Shown one piece after another: positions 13,638 to 29,135 of a stretch of DNA of 64,000 nucleotides. Below the pieces are notes generated by a model, which searched no databases, was not told the origin of the DNA, and saw only the letters and a list, made by a program, of their open reading frames with translations. Location: positions 379,874,001 through 379,938,000 of the forward strand of contig OZ024740.1 of the NCBI GenBank assembly GCA_964016885.1, read 5' to 3'. Position 1 is the first letter of the stretch. Each line of letters opens with the position of its first letter. Source of the DNA: Eledone cirrhosa (taxonomy: Eukaryota). The translations under genes were made by a program, and so were the position numbers.

Positions 13638-13909
13638 CACACACATATCTCTATATATAGATATATTTGCGTGAAAGTCAACATTTATGTATTTATAAAT
13701 GATATTTTAATGATAAAGATATTACTAAACACAGTTACAAACTAGCATTGTCAATATTACCTCCATTCACGGGTCTTTCTTATATTACCATCATTTCAAC
13801 CCAGTCAATTCACCCAATCTGCACCCGCCTCACTTTCTTACTCTACACAATATTTATCACATGTTCTCCCACATGCTCGGCCACATGTTTGGAATTAATA
13901 TATATATAC

Positions 13910-14005
<96 letters not shown>

Positions 14006-14626
14006 TGTGTGTGTGTGTGTGTGTGTGTGTGTTTCATTTGCCCACGCAATTTTCAGACTGCAGAAATAGTACGGGCAGGTCCTGCAAATTCGGCAGCAGC
14101 AGTAGCAGCAGCAGCACCAGTAGTAGTAGTAGTAGCAGCAGCAACAGGAGCAGTAGTAGTAGTAGTAGTACAATATTACTCCTAGTATTTTATAAATAGA
14201 TTTCATCTTTCGGTTATGTGGTTGCACTAAATTATAGTATATTATTATCATTGTTATTTTGTGGCTTGTAGCTTGTAGCTTGTTACTTGTTGAATTCAAT
14301 CGTCCATCGTGCTAGCTGCTGTTGTATCTTGGTTGATCGTATTCTATTGAGAGGAAGCAATGGTTCTACACATTTTATGTATTTATTATTGTGTGCGTGC
14401 TTGCAGTAATGTGCGTGTGTGTCCAGGGAAGTAGGTGGGATAGATTACGATAGCAGGAAAGAGAAAATAATGACAAAAATTAAATAAAAATAGAAGAAAA
14501 AAAAACAGAATGCAGAAGTGTAAATGAAATACAATATATACTTCATAATTAAAACGCAGAAATATTACACACACACGAACACACGCCTATAACCCCCACC
14601 CCCACCCCCACACCCATATACCCCCC

Positions 14627-14672
<46 letters not shown>

Positions 14673-14726
14673 ATATATATATATATATATATAATTTACA
14701 CAATATATATATATACATACAATATA

Positions 14727-14798
<72 letters not shown>

Positions 14799-14825
14799 CA
14801 CACACACTCACACACACATACACAA

Positions 14826-14907
<82 letters not shown>

Positions 14908-14935
14908 CTATCTATATATATATCTATCTATCTAT

Positions 14936-15031
14936 CTAAGGCGGGTAAAATTCCCGAGATCCATGGACGAGTTCTCTGCAGCGGTCTCTGTCCCTCATTA
15001 TCGCTGCCATATCCTGCATCTCCAACAGACC
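14936..15031 (-). mobile_element. 3' end of RTE-type LINE with (TAGA)n tail
   Basis: Reverse-complement near-identity to 9083-9178. Confidence 0.85.
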
Positions 15032-15421
15032 ATATATATATATGAAAAGGAGGGAACCACAATTTGAAGCAAAGTACTCAATATATCAAGTGAGTTAGAT
15101 ATATTTACATTTGTTAAATTAATGGATTTTATAAGGATAGTTCGGATTCCAAGGAAATATGACTAGTCCCGTAGGAGTTGTTAGTTTAGTAAATCTCAAC
15201 ACAAAAAAACACGAATATTTACAAACAAAAAACATCAGATGTTGAAAAGGATTTTAATTGGCGGAGAAATATAAAGACACTTAAACCAATATGATCATAA
15301 AAGAGAAGAAGAAAGATTAGAAAGAGAGAGAAGAGAGGGGGTCGAGGGGAGAGGGGGGAGAGAGGATAATGAGAGAGGATAGTGAGAGAGGATAGTGAGA
15401 GAGGGAGAGATAAATAGATAG

Positions 15422-15459
<38 letters not shown>

Positions 15460-15689
15460 GGAGAAAGAAATGATGGAAAAGTTAACATGAAATACACAAC
15501 AATATGAGATTAAAGGAAAAGTGAAAATAAAGGGAAGAAATTCAGGTTGACGTTGGCGGATATGTGTAGGTGTATGTATGTGTGTATATGTGTGTGTCTG
15601 TAATGTCTATGATGCGTGTATGCCAGAGGGTGTAAGTGCGTGGGTGGCGTGTGTATCACTGTCTATATGATTGTGAAGTGAGTATGGCA

Positions 15690-16340
15690 GAATCGATATA
15701 GGACAATGGTGATTCAATCAGGTGGTGAACAATTTGCATACAGTGGAGACTCCTGTATGTTTCTCCCCTGCCATAGACAATTGGTACACAATAGTGTAAT
15801 TCATTTATATCATCATCAAGTATTATCTGCTCATAGGCTGAATTTCGTATATGTGCCGCCATAATGCTATCATTGGTTAATTACAGATATGTACATGATG
15901 GAGCAATAATCACTCCATGTAACGAACACTACAATTCATCATGTCCAACACTAACCAATTTGTTAATCCTCCGTTCTAGACTGGTACTCTATTTATCAAC
16001 CACATTCGGGCTTCAATTCTCTATAGACCGCCAACAATCTCACCAAAAACCGAAATAAGGAACTCTGTTGTGATAGACGAGCTTTGCAAAAAATATATAT
16101 ACATTTCACAAATTATTGAGAATCTAGTCAGACCCTGACTTTGCCACGAATATGTATAAATGGTGGAATAAGACAAGCAGAGTTGAATGTACAATCTATT
16201 TTACGTTGTCGATGACCGCTTATGGAATTGGGTGATGCTGAAGAATATAATTTCCAATTATAAATAATAGTAGCACCGGAGATTTGACTAATGCATTGCT
16301 TTGGCGTATGATAAAGCTTAAAACGCGACACTGTGCGACG
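15690..16340 (-). pseudogene. Degenerate Penelope-like RT remnant
   Basis: Weak motif echoes: KLYHTPKQ (LYxLPKxH), AYEQIILDDDI (YxDD), GETYRSL. Confidence 0.3.
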
Positions 16341-16540
16341 ATACTAACTGGGTTTAAGTGTCATTGGCAGAGTTAACTCATTTGCAAGCATTCGGATCAG
16401 AGTATCAAATGCTTTCTGTTGAGCCAAAACCTTTTTTCTACAGATATTGAGTTTCTGGCTGGGTATCGGCTGTATTATTTCTGCCAATCTGTGAAGGCTG
16501 CAAGAAAAAATAAATTACTCTTATCTCTTGATTACTTATC

Positions 16541-16811
16541 TAAAGTCTGTCACAAGCTCGAAGGCTTATCAGACCATTGTTTATCCCGCTTTCCGTGGCG
16601 TGAAGCAACTGAGAGTACACAACTCACCCCTGGACAGGATGCCAGTCCATCACAAGTTTAAACCCCCAACTGATACTCATTTTTTCCAGCTGATTATACT
16701 TGAGCAACGTGAAATGAAGTGTTTTGCTCAAGAACACAACACACAACTCAACCCAGTATTCGAACCCACGACATTATGTTTTTAAACCCAACACCCTTAC
16801 TAGTAGGCCAC
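16541..16811 (-). mobile_element. tRNA-derived SINE with V-domain-like core
   Basis: Minus strand has A-box GTGGCCTACTAGTAAGG, B-box GGGTTCGAATAC and core GATGGACTGGCATCCTGTCCAGGGGTG. Confidence 0.7.
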
Positions 16812-16882
16812 AAAGTAAACATTATTCGGTTGTCGCAGAAACCTGAGCACTAAGTAAATGACTTCACTATCTTTTAAATCAT

Positions 16883-17185
16883 AGGCGGCGTATTTGCAGA
16901 GTTGTTAGAACGTCAGATAGAATGTTTGGCAATATTCGTTTCGGCTATCTTCTCTCTGATTCAAATCTCATTTTACCTATCATTCATCCGAGGTCGATAA
17001 AAAGTACCAGTCTAGTAATGGGGATGATCTTTCTCTATATTCTTCTCCAGACGAAATCTGCTATATTCAGACCTGGAGAAGAGATGGGCTCCGCCAGGTT
17101 TTAAAAGAAATTGCCCTAGATACGCTGTATATCAATGTGGCGTCCCTACAACTCTCTCACGGGTTACGGGTTCATATAAGCATCT
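16883..17185 (+). mobile_element. Old SINE: family-A head plus a distinct GC-rich tail
   Basis: The tail GGAGAAGAGATGGGCTCCGCCAGG...GGCGTCCCTACAACTC recurs at 29035-29125 (+) and 41960-42068 (-). Confidence 0.65.
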
Positions 17186-18646
17186 TGTAAATTCCCTCTA
17201 AGTGACAACAGAATAACGTTTAAACTGAATGAATAATTGTCCTTCCCGGACAAGATAGCTACTTCCGAAAGCCAAGATAGTTACATGTCTCCATATCGAA
17301 CTACACTAATGGTCTATTCGACAACACGAGACATAGTGGGGTATAATGTTCAGCTCCAGTTTTCCATTATTAATTATCAATTTCCGGCAAAGTGAATTTC
17401 TGTTATTCAAAAGTCCATGTATAAACATGAGGAAGAATACGAATAATAATCCAGAGTAAAATCTAAATTCTGGCAATTAAGGAAACTAAAAATTATTTTT
17501 ACAAATTTTCATTCCCAGACATCACGCTTCACTGATAGATTTCAAAAAAATAAATGCGACAGTGGTAAAATTTAGTTTATCAGCTGTTTAATGAAGTTCT
17601 GAAAACTGAACTTCATTAAATGGCTGATATACTAATCAACAGCTTAAATTCAATTTGAAAAACAGACCATTCGGTCACCAAGTATACAGTCTCGTAGAAA
17701 TAAATTTACGCGTGACTGACGATCAATATGAAAGCAAATTCTAATAGTTGCATCAACAAAAAAGTTTTATTTAATTGAGTGTTTATATTTTTTTGCAAAG
17801 CGATAATTTCCCACCAATCTGAAAAAAAAGAAAAACAACAAATCAATAGAAGGTAAAAAAACAACTTTTTTTTACGATATATTCTAAATTCTAATTACAA
17901 TGCCAGTAAAGAAGTAAACATCCTCTGAAAATTATCAATAATTTAATGCATGAACACCTTTTGTCAGATGAATAACTTCAGAGTATTCATCCTCTTTTAT
18001 TTATAATGTTTTTGTAAATGACCAAGGCATATGTATAAAAAAATCAACTTATTCTCCTAACCTTCTCGAACGCCTTTTCTCTTCGCATTCATGAAAAAGA
18101 AAACTATTCATAATCTTCTTATTCTTATACCTCTCCTACCTCTTTTATATTGTCTCATTATGTTTATCAGCACCAGATATTCCATATCTACCTACTCAGT
18201 ATATTTTCCCTCAATAAATTATTCAATGTAAGCATTCTAACTTCAATTAAGAAATTTCCACACTACCCAATTTGATTTCACATCATATCAAATCCTACCA
18301 AATAAATGAATGAATTTATAACCTCAACAAGTTATACTACACCTGTCCCAAGCATATGTGCAAAATCATGAAGACAGTCGCATCTGACGAATCCTATTAC
18401 AACAGAAGCTGCGATATCACACACACCGCACACATACACACGCACGTACATACATACACAATCACGCACACGCATACATACCTGTAAATGGATTGAAAGT
18501 GTGTAAGTCCATCTTACCATTTTGTATCATCTATATACCACCCCATCTCTTATTCATTTGTCACTGTGCTTTTGTTTTGTTTTAATTGCATCTGTTGCCA
18601 ATTTTGATATCTATTTCTCTATCTGGTCATATATCTTCTTTATCAA

Positions 18647-21003
<2,357 letters not shown>

Positions 21004-21916
21004 GGGGTAACCCTGCTTACAAAGGTAGACGTAACTTTTTATCTTTTCCTCTATATTTCATCCCCCCCCCCATCTCTTCCTAGTCCTTCCACCCCAGATC
21101 TCCTTCCTTGTCTTTCTTTCCCCTTTTCGCCTACCCCGATGCAGCCCATCGGTCCTCTGTAGCCTCAGTACCTCCACCCCCTAATTTAAAGATAGAATTG
21201 GCCGATTACGCTTTTTATAGCAGATGTGTTAGACCCCAGTAAATTGTTTCCTTTCTGGTTGCTGCTCCATTTCTGTGGTTTCTAAATTTCGTAGTGGTAT
21301 TTTTGTATTAGTATTCTTGTATTTGTATTTCTGTATTAGTATTCTGAATTAATATTTCGTATTAGTATTTTTGTAGTAGTATTTTAGTATTTTTATTCTC
21401 AACTTATTAGCCTGTCATTGTAAGATAGCATTGGCTGATTGCTAACTAACTATGTTAGACCCCCTGTAAAGCCGCTTTATAAAATTCTTTCACTACAATC
21501 TCATATTTAGTATTTTTTTCTCCACCTATTAAACTTTAGCTTAGCAATACCAATGAGATATTTGGATATTGTGGGAACGGAGTAGTAGCCAGAAATTGTT
21601 TTTTTATATATTTTTTTAATATATTTATTTCCTTATTTTTATAATGTTTTTTCTGTTTACTTCCTTTCGATTTACCTATTCTTTCACCCCCCCCCTCTCC
21701 AGTACACTTTTTTCGACCTTCTATACACTATCCTTAGAATCTGCTGTATAGATTTCACTTTCAACGCTTGACTAGGTTTCCCCCACTGCCTCTTTGTTCT
21801 ACCGGCAAGTTCAGCTACCCCTACGTCTCACCAAATGCCATGATAGAATCATCTGTCTTTACAACAAATTTTTTACCAATCCTTTTGACAATTACTATCT
21901 TCCAATATAAGGAATT

Positions 21917-22012
21917 ACCCCCTGAGATGTTCGGCTATTTATTCACCAGGCTAAAAATTCTTATTTACTCCAGAATTAGCCGTCGAAACGGCTTGAGCTC
22001 TGCCGTCGGGGT
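21917..22012 (+). ncRNA. Extended type I hammerhead, mutated core copy (CTGAGAT)
   Basis: ACCCC-CTGAGAT-GTTCGGCTA...TAGCCGTC-GAAA-CGGC-TTGAGCTCT-GCCG-TC-GGGGT. Homologous to the intact copies at 52059 and 52756. Confidence 0.8.
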
Positions 22013-22337
22013 CATACTTGTTCCTATTAACCAATCTACTGCCCCAAGTATTGAGTACGTTGGTGCGTTATGGTCCATCTGGTTCCTTACCACATTTCCT
22101 TCGTTATATATATATATATATGTATATATATGTGTGTGTGTGTATTTCCTTTTCTCACTAGTCAGGACTTTCGTTGCTACAGATCACGCGGCTAAATTAG
22201 CGGTCGCTATTTTCAATTTGCAAGCCCTTTTAAACTGTATGTTATTACTCTGAGGTTTATTACTTGTCGAGTGCTTGCCTCCACTACTGAAGGCATTCGT
22301 TCGCTTGGCTGCTGATCGAACTTCGAATATGCTGTAC

Positions 22338-22371
<34 letters not shown>

Positions 22372-22374
<3 letters not shown>

Positions 22375-22581
22375 GAAGGAAGTGTGGTAAGGAACCAGAT
22401 GGACCATAACGCACTAGAGTACTCAATACTAGTACAGAGTACTCAATATTAGACTGGGTAATAAGAAAATGTTCAAGACCCCGACAGCAGGGCTCAAGCC
22501 GTTTCGACGGCTATTTCTGGACTAAAATAATAGCCGTCGAAATGGCTTGAGCTCTGCCGTCGGGGTCTTGAACATATTCCT
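22372..22581. mobile_element. Mini Penelope-like insertion: inverted pLTR ends in (TA)n
   Basis: The minus arm has the long end (TTCGTT) and the plus arm the short end (TTCCT). Confidence 0.9.
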
Positions 22582-22686
22582 ATATATATATATATACATA
22601 TGGCCATCTATCTTTATCAATCTCTCTCTCTCTCCCTCTCTCTCTCTCTCTCTTTCTCTCTCTGTTTCCATCTGTCTCACTCTCTC

Positions 22687-22759
<73 letters not shown>

Positions 22760-22770
<11 letters not shown>

Positions 22771-23672
22771 AAACTTAGGATGTCTGTGTGTGTGTGTGTG
22801 TGCGTGTGAGTTTGAATCCCTAAAACTCGAGAAGCACTCAACCGACTGTTTTCAAACTTTACACATGTAATACTTATGTTTCAGGGAGTGTTCTGAGCAA
22901 AAAGAATTTCAAATTTTCAATGTCCTATGGACCGCATTAGGCGATTTAGCGATCTTTCTCTATAATTCATAGTCTTTCTCTTTTTAAATAGATACATACA
23001 TATAACGTCGCGCCCTTATTATATCTGTCTGTATGTCTGATGTCTGCACTACGTCACTTTCCTGAGGATGTCTGTGTGTGTGTGTGTGAGTTTGAATCCC
23101 TAAAACTCGAGAAGTACCCAACCGACTTTTTTCAAACTTTACATGTGTATTACTTATGTTTCAGGGAGTGTTATGCACATAAAAGATTCAACTTTTTGAT
23201 CCCCAAGGGCTCGCATTAGGTGAAAAACTGTGTTTTTTCAGATTTTTAGGGGTCTTTTGAGGCGTTACGTCAGACTTATTTCCTTGAAATTGTAACTATG
23301 TATTAGTCAGTCTCTTCTTCATACCGTGAGCAAAGAAAATCCAACTTTTTTATGTCCTAGCGCTCGCATTAGGTGAAAAATTTCATTTTTTCAGCTTTTT
23401 AGGGCTTTTTTGAGGCGTTACGTCTAGCCGATTTTCCAGAAATTTCAAGGCATATTATGCACATAAAAAAGATTCATTTTTTTGTCCCCTAGGTGAAAAC
23501 CTGCATTTTTCCTGCTTCACCGAGGAAAATCTTAAAGATTATCCAGCCATCAGAGTATTCGGTTTATTTTCTTTACATAATGTCCAGGCATGCAGTTTTT
23601 CCACGATTAGGTCTGTTGGCGGCCCGCGTTCCAAAATACCGTATCCCGTGCAACGCCGGGTACCACTGCTAG
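22760..23672 (+). mobile_element. Non-autonomous Helitron/Helentron-like element with internal tandem duplications
   Basis: The 5' end is TATATATATAAAA plus a (TG) microsatellite. The 3' GC hairpin CCCGTGCAACGCCGGG is followed by CTAG|T. Block 22777-22915 is duplicated at 23065-23197, with further degenerate ~130-bp repeats. Confidence 0.8.
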
Positions 23673-23723
23673 TATATAATAAAATGTTGCACTTTGCTTG
23701 AAGCATTGTGTATAATATATAAC

Positions 23724-24210
23724 TATATAACGTTGAAAGTGATAGAAGACTAAACAATGCAAAATGGACTGTAAGATGAGGTAACGAAAAGTAAGTTACC
23801 TGGTAATCTTTTTTTTTGTTGTTCTTTTTATTGTTTTGTTTTTGTTTTTTGTTGTTATTTTTTCTATCCGATATTTAGGGACTTAACAGTCCCTTTTTCA
23901 GGGTTTAAGCAACTTTCCAATTTCCTTTCTTTTGGATTAAATTTTGACTTTCTAAGTCGTTTTCAAGCGTTTTTTGATAGTTATTTCGCTCTTCACGACT
24001 TAGAACAAAAGTGAAATCAAAATCTAATCCTAAAGAGAGGAAATTAAAAAGTTCCTTAAACCCTGAAGAAGGGACTTTTAGGTGCCGAAATATTGAACAG
24101 AAAAAAAGAATAACAACAAAAAACAAAACAAAGATTACCAGTAACTTACTTTTCGTTACCTCATCTTACAGTCAATTTTGCATTGTTTAACCTTCTATCT
24201 CTATCGACTT
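23724..24210. mobile_element. Inverted pair of Penelope-type pLTRs (23724-23916 / 24048-24210), each with a minimal hammerhead
   Basis: The inverted arms end in TA repeats. Hammerhead motifs lie at 23866-23905 (-) and 24059-24098 (+). Confidence 0.75.
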
Positions 24211-24212
24211 TA

Positions 24213-24243
<31 letters not shown>

Positions 24244-24841
24244 TCTTACTTGATATATATATATATTTGGGATGATCATTTTGATTTTCACTTCAGCTTT
24301 ACTCCAGGGTAAGATGTTATTTGAGGGAGATTTGGCTGTTATTTTTTGCAGGTCGAGCGATCGTGTAAAGGTTTTCAAGTTAGCACTAAAACAGTTGGTC
24401 TCGATATTGCAATCATTCTAAATATGACGTAAGATAGAGATCAGTAGCAATTGATGATTGACCAAACGCCTAAAATACCACCCCGGCAAATAGTTTAGAG
24501 GAAGATGAAGATGATAAATCTAGCGTGATAAATAGTCAGCCAAGAAAAATCTATTATTGCCTGAGTTTATAAGAATATTTTATCACAGGCAACATTTCGG
24601 GAAGTTATATTATCTCCACGTTTGAAAGGAGACTTTTTGAGAAATGTTCTCAGCTCCTGTAAAATGAAATACCAGTAATTAAAAAAAATTAAAACGTTCC
24701 ACCTGGTTCTTAGATAATTTTCTACTGTGCTATTTCGGCTCTACCTCAAACAGGTTATTGGCCGTTAAATAACCTTTAATACAAACATGAGATATATACA
24801 AGAAATCATATTTCTGCAGTATATATCTATTTGGTATATTA

Positions 24842-24936
24842 GAACATGGTATATGTCAGGTCACCAGTTGGTGCTACTGGTAACATGTATCCCAGTACAA
24901 CCTGTCTCATGGTCGGGTCGTTGGCGACTAAACTGG
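24842..24936 (+). ncRNA. Candidate HDV-like ribozyme
   Basis: P1 GAACATG/CATGGTC, J1/2 hairpin ACCAGT/ACTGGT, P2 CCAGT/ACTGG, L3 CC with GG (P1.1), P4 GTCG-TTGG-CGAC and J4/2 CTAA. P3 is imperfect. Confidence 0.55.
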
Positions 24937-25580
24937 CAACCCCACCAAGATTTCTTGGTGAGGAGGGTGACTTTGGACATCCTGCAGGACTAAAAGCAAA
25001 ACCTGTCAAAGGGCATCCAAAACCAGCACGGCCCGCCGAAAGGCGCTGCAGTGCCGGAAAAGTCACATTCCCTGACGTTACTTCCTGCTACTAATATGCT
25101 GGTAAGCTAGTACAACGTATCTCCAGACGGAGAGAGTGGGTCCGTAGCTTTGGTTAGCGACTACTCTAGTGCTTGCAGCACGAACAATTAGGGTGAGGGT
25201 ATAAATGCCAGGTTGGTATCTGGCGCCGGGTAACCCACCACACGGAGGAGAAAGCACCTTCTTCAAGACTTGGCTGTCAAATTCTTTCACATGTGTGTAG
25301 TAGTGGCGCCCACACACATTATTAGCTATTTGAAAAGAGGATGGATTTCGCAACTAACTGCACCAGGGTTCCTGCTCCTCAGGGAACCACACTATATGGT
25401 ATACCTGTTGATATAGGTCCAGCCCCTGCTTTCCCGGGTCCTGTTTCTGATCATAATGATCTCTAGGGATACGGGAATCAGTAGACGGGACCCGGGGGAA
25501 GCGATGGGGGACGGGGAATTCTGGGGCATGAGAGTGAGATCCGTCATCTCGACAGTAGTCGAAGAATGATGATGATGATG
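24847..25580 (+). mobile_element. Non-autonomous RTE derivative (structured 5' UTR joined to RTE 3' end), with TSD
   Basis: Perfect 11-bp TSD ATATTAGAACA (24836-24846 / 25581-25591) and a (GAT)n tail. The 3' part translates MISRDTGISRRDPGEAMGDGEFWGMRVRSVISTVVEE*, like RTE C-termini. Confidence 0.8.
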
Positions 25581-26096
25581 ATATTAGAACAAGATTATAT
25601 CTTTCATGCACTGAAAGGACAACTTTCGTTCATTCTACAATCAATCACTTTGTTACTCACAACCAAGCTCGCTAGTTAACTGATTCGCCAGTTCATTCTG
25701 ACCAATTGATTCATACCTTAGCCGATAGCTTTCTTGGCTTAGTGCCAAAACTGCATACCTTCTTACCAACTTATCAAAGCAATGTATTATATTCGCTGGT
25801 TGACATCCCAGACTTTCATAGTCCTCCTGTTGTTCGAACATATTTCATGATAAAATACTATTTGATTTTATGACTAAATAGAGAAAGGAATCTCGCTGTA
25901 CTGCATGTTGGTGTGTGTGAATGTGTGTTTACTAGCTGCAACAGTTAACTTTTGAGACTATTGCCAGAAACTGGTGAGAAAACGAAACAATATATCTGGT
26001 TAAAGAAAAACGATGAATGATGCGTCTAATACAATGAGGAGATGGAATACAGCAGCACTCTAAGCATATCTGTATACTCCATGGGTATATATATAT

Positions 26097-26208
26097 AACG
26101 AAGGAAGTGTGGTAAGGAACCAGGTGGACCATAACGCGCCAGAGTACAGTTCAGAACTAGTTGTCGAAACGGCCGGAGCTCAGCCGTCGGGGTCCTGACT
26201 CTTTTCCT
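26097..26208. mobile_element. Mini Penelope-like insertion: inverted pLTR ends in (TA)n
   Basis: The minus arm has the long end and the plus arm the short end. Same family as 18867-22105. Confidence 0.88.
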
Positions 26209-26699
26209 ATATATATATAATAGTAATAATAATAAATGTGAAGACTAAAATCCGAAGATTTGTATAATTACTTGAGTGTCATTTTGTAATACTATCGTAT
26301 TAAAAAAGTCCCCGGATTTAAGTTTGGATAATGATCGCTGGGATGCACAGTTTTAGCATATGGAGTATATGCAGTTTTATCAGCACAAACTATATATACA
26401 CACACACACACGCACACACACGCACGCACACACACACGCGCGCGCGCGCACACACACATATATATATGTATGTATGTATGTATGTTCTGGTTTTAAAATT
26501 TCACAAATTTTTGCCAATAGAGAGAGAGTCGATTTCTAACATAGACACAAGACTCTATTATGGGAGATCAACTAGGTAGATATGTATGCATGTCTGCATG
26601 CATGCATGTGTAGATATGGATGTTATTGTATGTGTGGATGTGGATGTTTTGAGTTGTATGTTTGCATGCTTAGTATCTGTACATGTGTATATACAGTTA

Positions 26700-27088
26700 T
26701 TAGATGCAAAATTTTTGGAATGTTTTACATATTTTTACTGTTCCATTAATGGATTGTATTTGTAATTTCCTAACTAGTTCTGTTCTTTCTGTTCCTGTGA
26801 AGCCCAGCTTTTCAAAATTTGTATTGAGGCAGTTACTAATATATCCCAGTGCCCCAATAATCACAGGCATAAATCTGAAGGTATAGTCAGGGTTGAGTAT
26901 CTGCAAATTTCTCATAGGTTCTGCATAAATATCCTCCCTTTCGCTAATCTTTGATATTATATTGGCATCTGCTGGGCAGCTAACTTCCACGACTGTGCAT
27001 GCCTTCTTTTTCCCTGTCCCATATCAAAATATCTGGTCTGTTATGCCTGCATTTTATTGGAGCTTTTACGAGAACATTCCACCAATGT
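26700..27088 (-). pseudogene. 3' end of an RLE-type non-LTR retrotransposon (R4/Dong/NeSL-like restriction-like endonuclease)
   Basis: WWNV...CRHNRPDILIWD..., frameshift, VEVSCPAD.N...K...Y...PVIIGALG, giving the PD-(D/E) RLE signature. Confidence 0.85.
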
Positions 27089-27205
27089 ATATATGTATAT
27101 ATATAGAGAGAGTGCTGCTGAGAAAAAGAAAGAAAGAAAGATAAAGAGAGAGAGATAGAGATAGATAGATAGATAGAGAGAGAGAGGGGGAGAGAGAGAG
27201 ATAGA

Positions 27206-27273
<68 letters not shown>

Positions 27274-28829
27274 CGTGTGCACCGTAGTGTTGATAGTGAA
27301 CTAGAGAGAATTAGGCTCAATTTTCGCATGTATTACTCTATTGGAAATGAACATCACACAATCCAATTTTCTAACACTTCTGATGGTTATTTCTAATCAT
27401 GGGAGACCAAACATTCATCTGACTTTATACACTAATATATAGCTTTGAGAAATGATGTGGCTGAAAACCATAATTTAGAGGGACTTAACAGATATAATCA
27501 CAAGAATATTAGTAGGTATAAACATTTTAATAATCATTTAATCATTTAATATTATCATCTTTGGCGAATGTCGGCATAGCTGGGCTGTTAAAAACTGTAT
27601 TTCACGACGTCGTCATTTTGTGAAGAACATTGTGTGAGTGAAAGGAAGGACTTTTCATTTTCTTCGTTGATAGATTTAACTGGCCAACCGGCTGCATCTT
27701 GGCTATTCTTTCTTTTTTGGCACCCATTTGAGCCAGCCCAGTTTAAGGATAATTTCTTCTTTTTCACCCAGCACTATCTACGTAAAAGATCATGCGTGCT
27801 GCAATTCCTCCTCTGTATAAAAATAACAACAACAAAAAGAAATGTTTAACAATAATTTTAGTATCATCTGTATTATTGAGCTGATTTTGTTTAAGAAGTA
27901 CTTTATGTTGTCATCCTTTCTACACACATTACAATGCCGCTTTTCTGTCAAAATTCCTGATGCAAACATTAATTTCCTTGGATACCTTTCTGATCAGCTT
28001 CTGTTTCACACACTCATACAAACAACAATAATAACAATAGCAATAATAAACAATCAGATCCTCTGACATTATCAAATTTTGATTTTGTAGTGATATTTTT
28101 TATTTACCTCTCAAAATAAATAACGATGTTTTAAATGTCAACAAAATTCTTAATAATATGAAGAATGTTCATGGATACATTACATAACTGTTTGGATTTC
28201 ATTAAATGAAAATTAAGGTTGTCCATAATACAAATATTATCATATTTCTGGATATTGTTTAATTTTTAGTCAGTTTCCGTCCATTGTTCTGTTTAATCTT
28301 CATTTATTTGCTCATTTGATTACAAAAACAACAACACAATAATTAAAACCAAATAAAGAAAAATAAACAGCCTTTCATTTCTTTTTTCCACCACTTTCCT
28401 TTTCCCTTGCGGTGTCTATATTTTAGTTTTGTTTTCAATTTTGCTATCCATATTAACAACTGCTTTCTACATTTTCCATTTTTTGTCGTTTATATCCACT
28501 ATTATCATTAAAATAAATACCAATCATACATGAAGACGATTTAACCAACTACTTTACTCCGCTTCCCTAATTTGTTTCCACGAGAAAAAATATCCATTAC
28601 AGTCGCCCTTGATCTAATTCCATAAAATATCAGGCTGCAAATTGAAAGATTTGCAATTTTGCCTCTTACAATGTGCTGCATACATTACAATATATTTTAC
28701 ATTTAAATGGTCCAGTCAAGCAAGCTGTAAATAGAATCTATAAGTAATCACAGTTCACTGAAACCTTGACTAGAGTTTCTTTAGTTAGCAGATTTAGATT
28801 CAACTTTTCCCGTGAGTATATATTGGATG

Positions 28830-29135
28830 TAAGGTGGTGAATTGGCAGAGTCTTTAGAACGGTGGATACAGTGGTTTGCAGTATTCGTTCCGACTCTCTA
28901 AGTTCAAATCCCGCCGAGGTCAACTTTGCCTTTCATCGACAAAAAAAAGTACGAGTCAAGTATTAAGGTTGATTCTTCCTCTATATCTCTTTCTCATTTT
29001 CAATTTCACACTTTCGATCTATGGAAGAAATCTACTGTAGGAGAGGAATGGGCTCCGCCAGGATTAAAATGCCCAAGTATGTTAATACGGCGCCCCTACG
29101 ACTCCGCCAGGAGTTACGGGACCATACCCATATAT
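28830..29135 (+). mobile_element. Old SINE: family-A head plus GC-rich tail
   Basis: AAGTTCAAATCCCGCCGAGGTCAACTTTGCCTTTCATC, then the tail shared with 17070-17170. Confidence 0.7.

Noticed and set aside
22283-22340. CTGAAGG...GTTCG/CGAAC...GAAT motif in a TA-flanked island
   Set aside because: Both core halves are non-canonical and stem I is missing. It is too degenerate to call.
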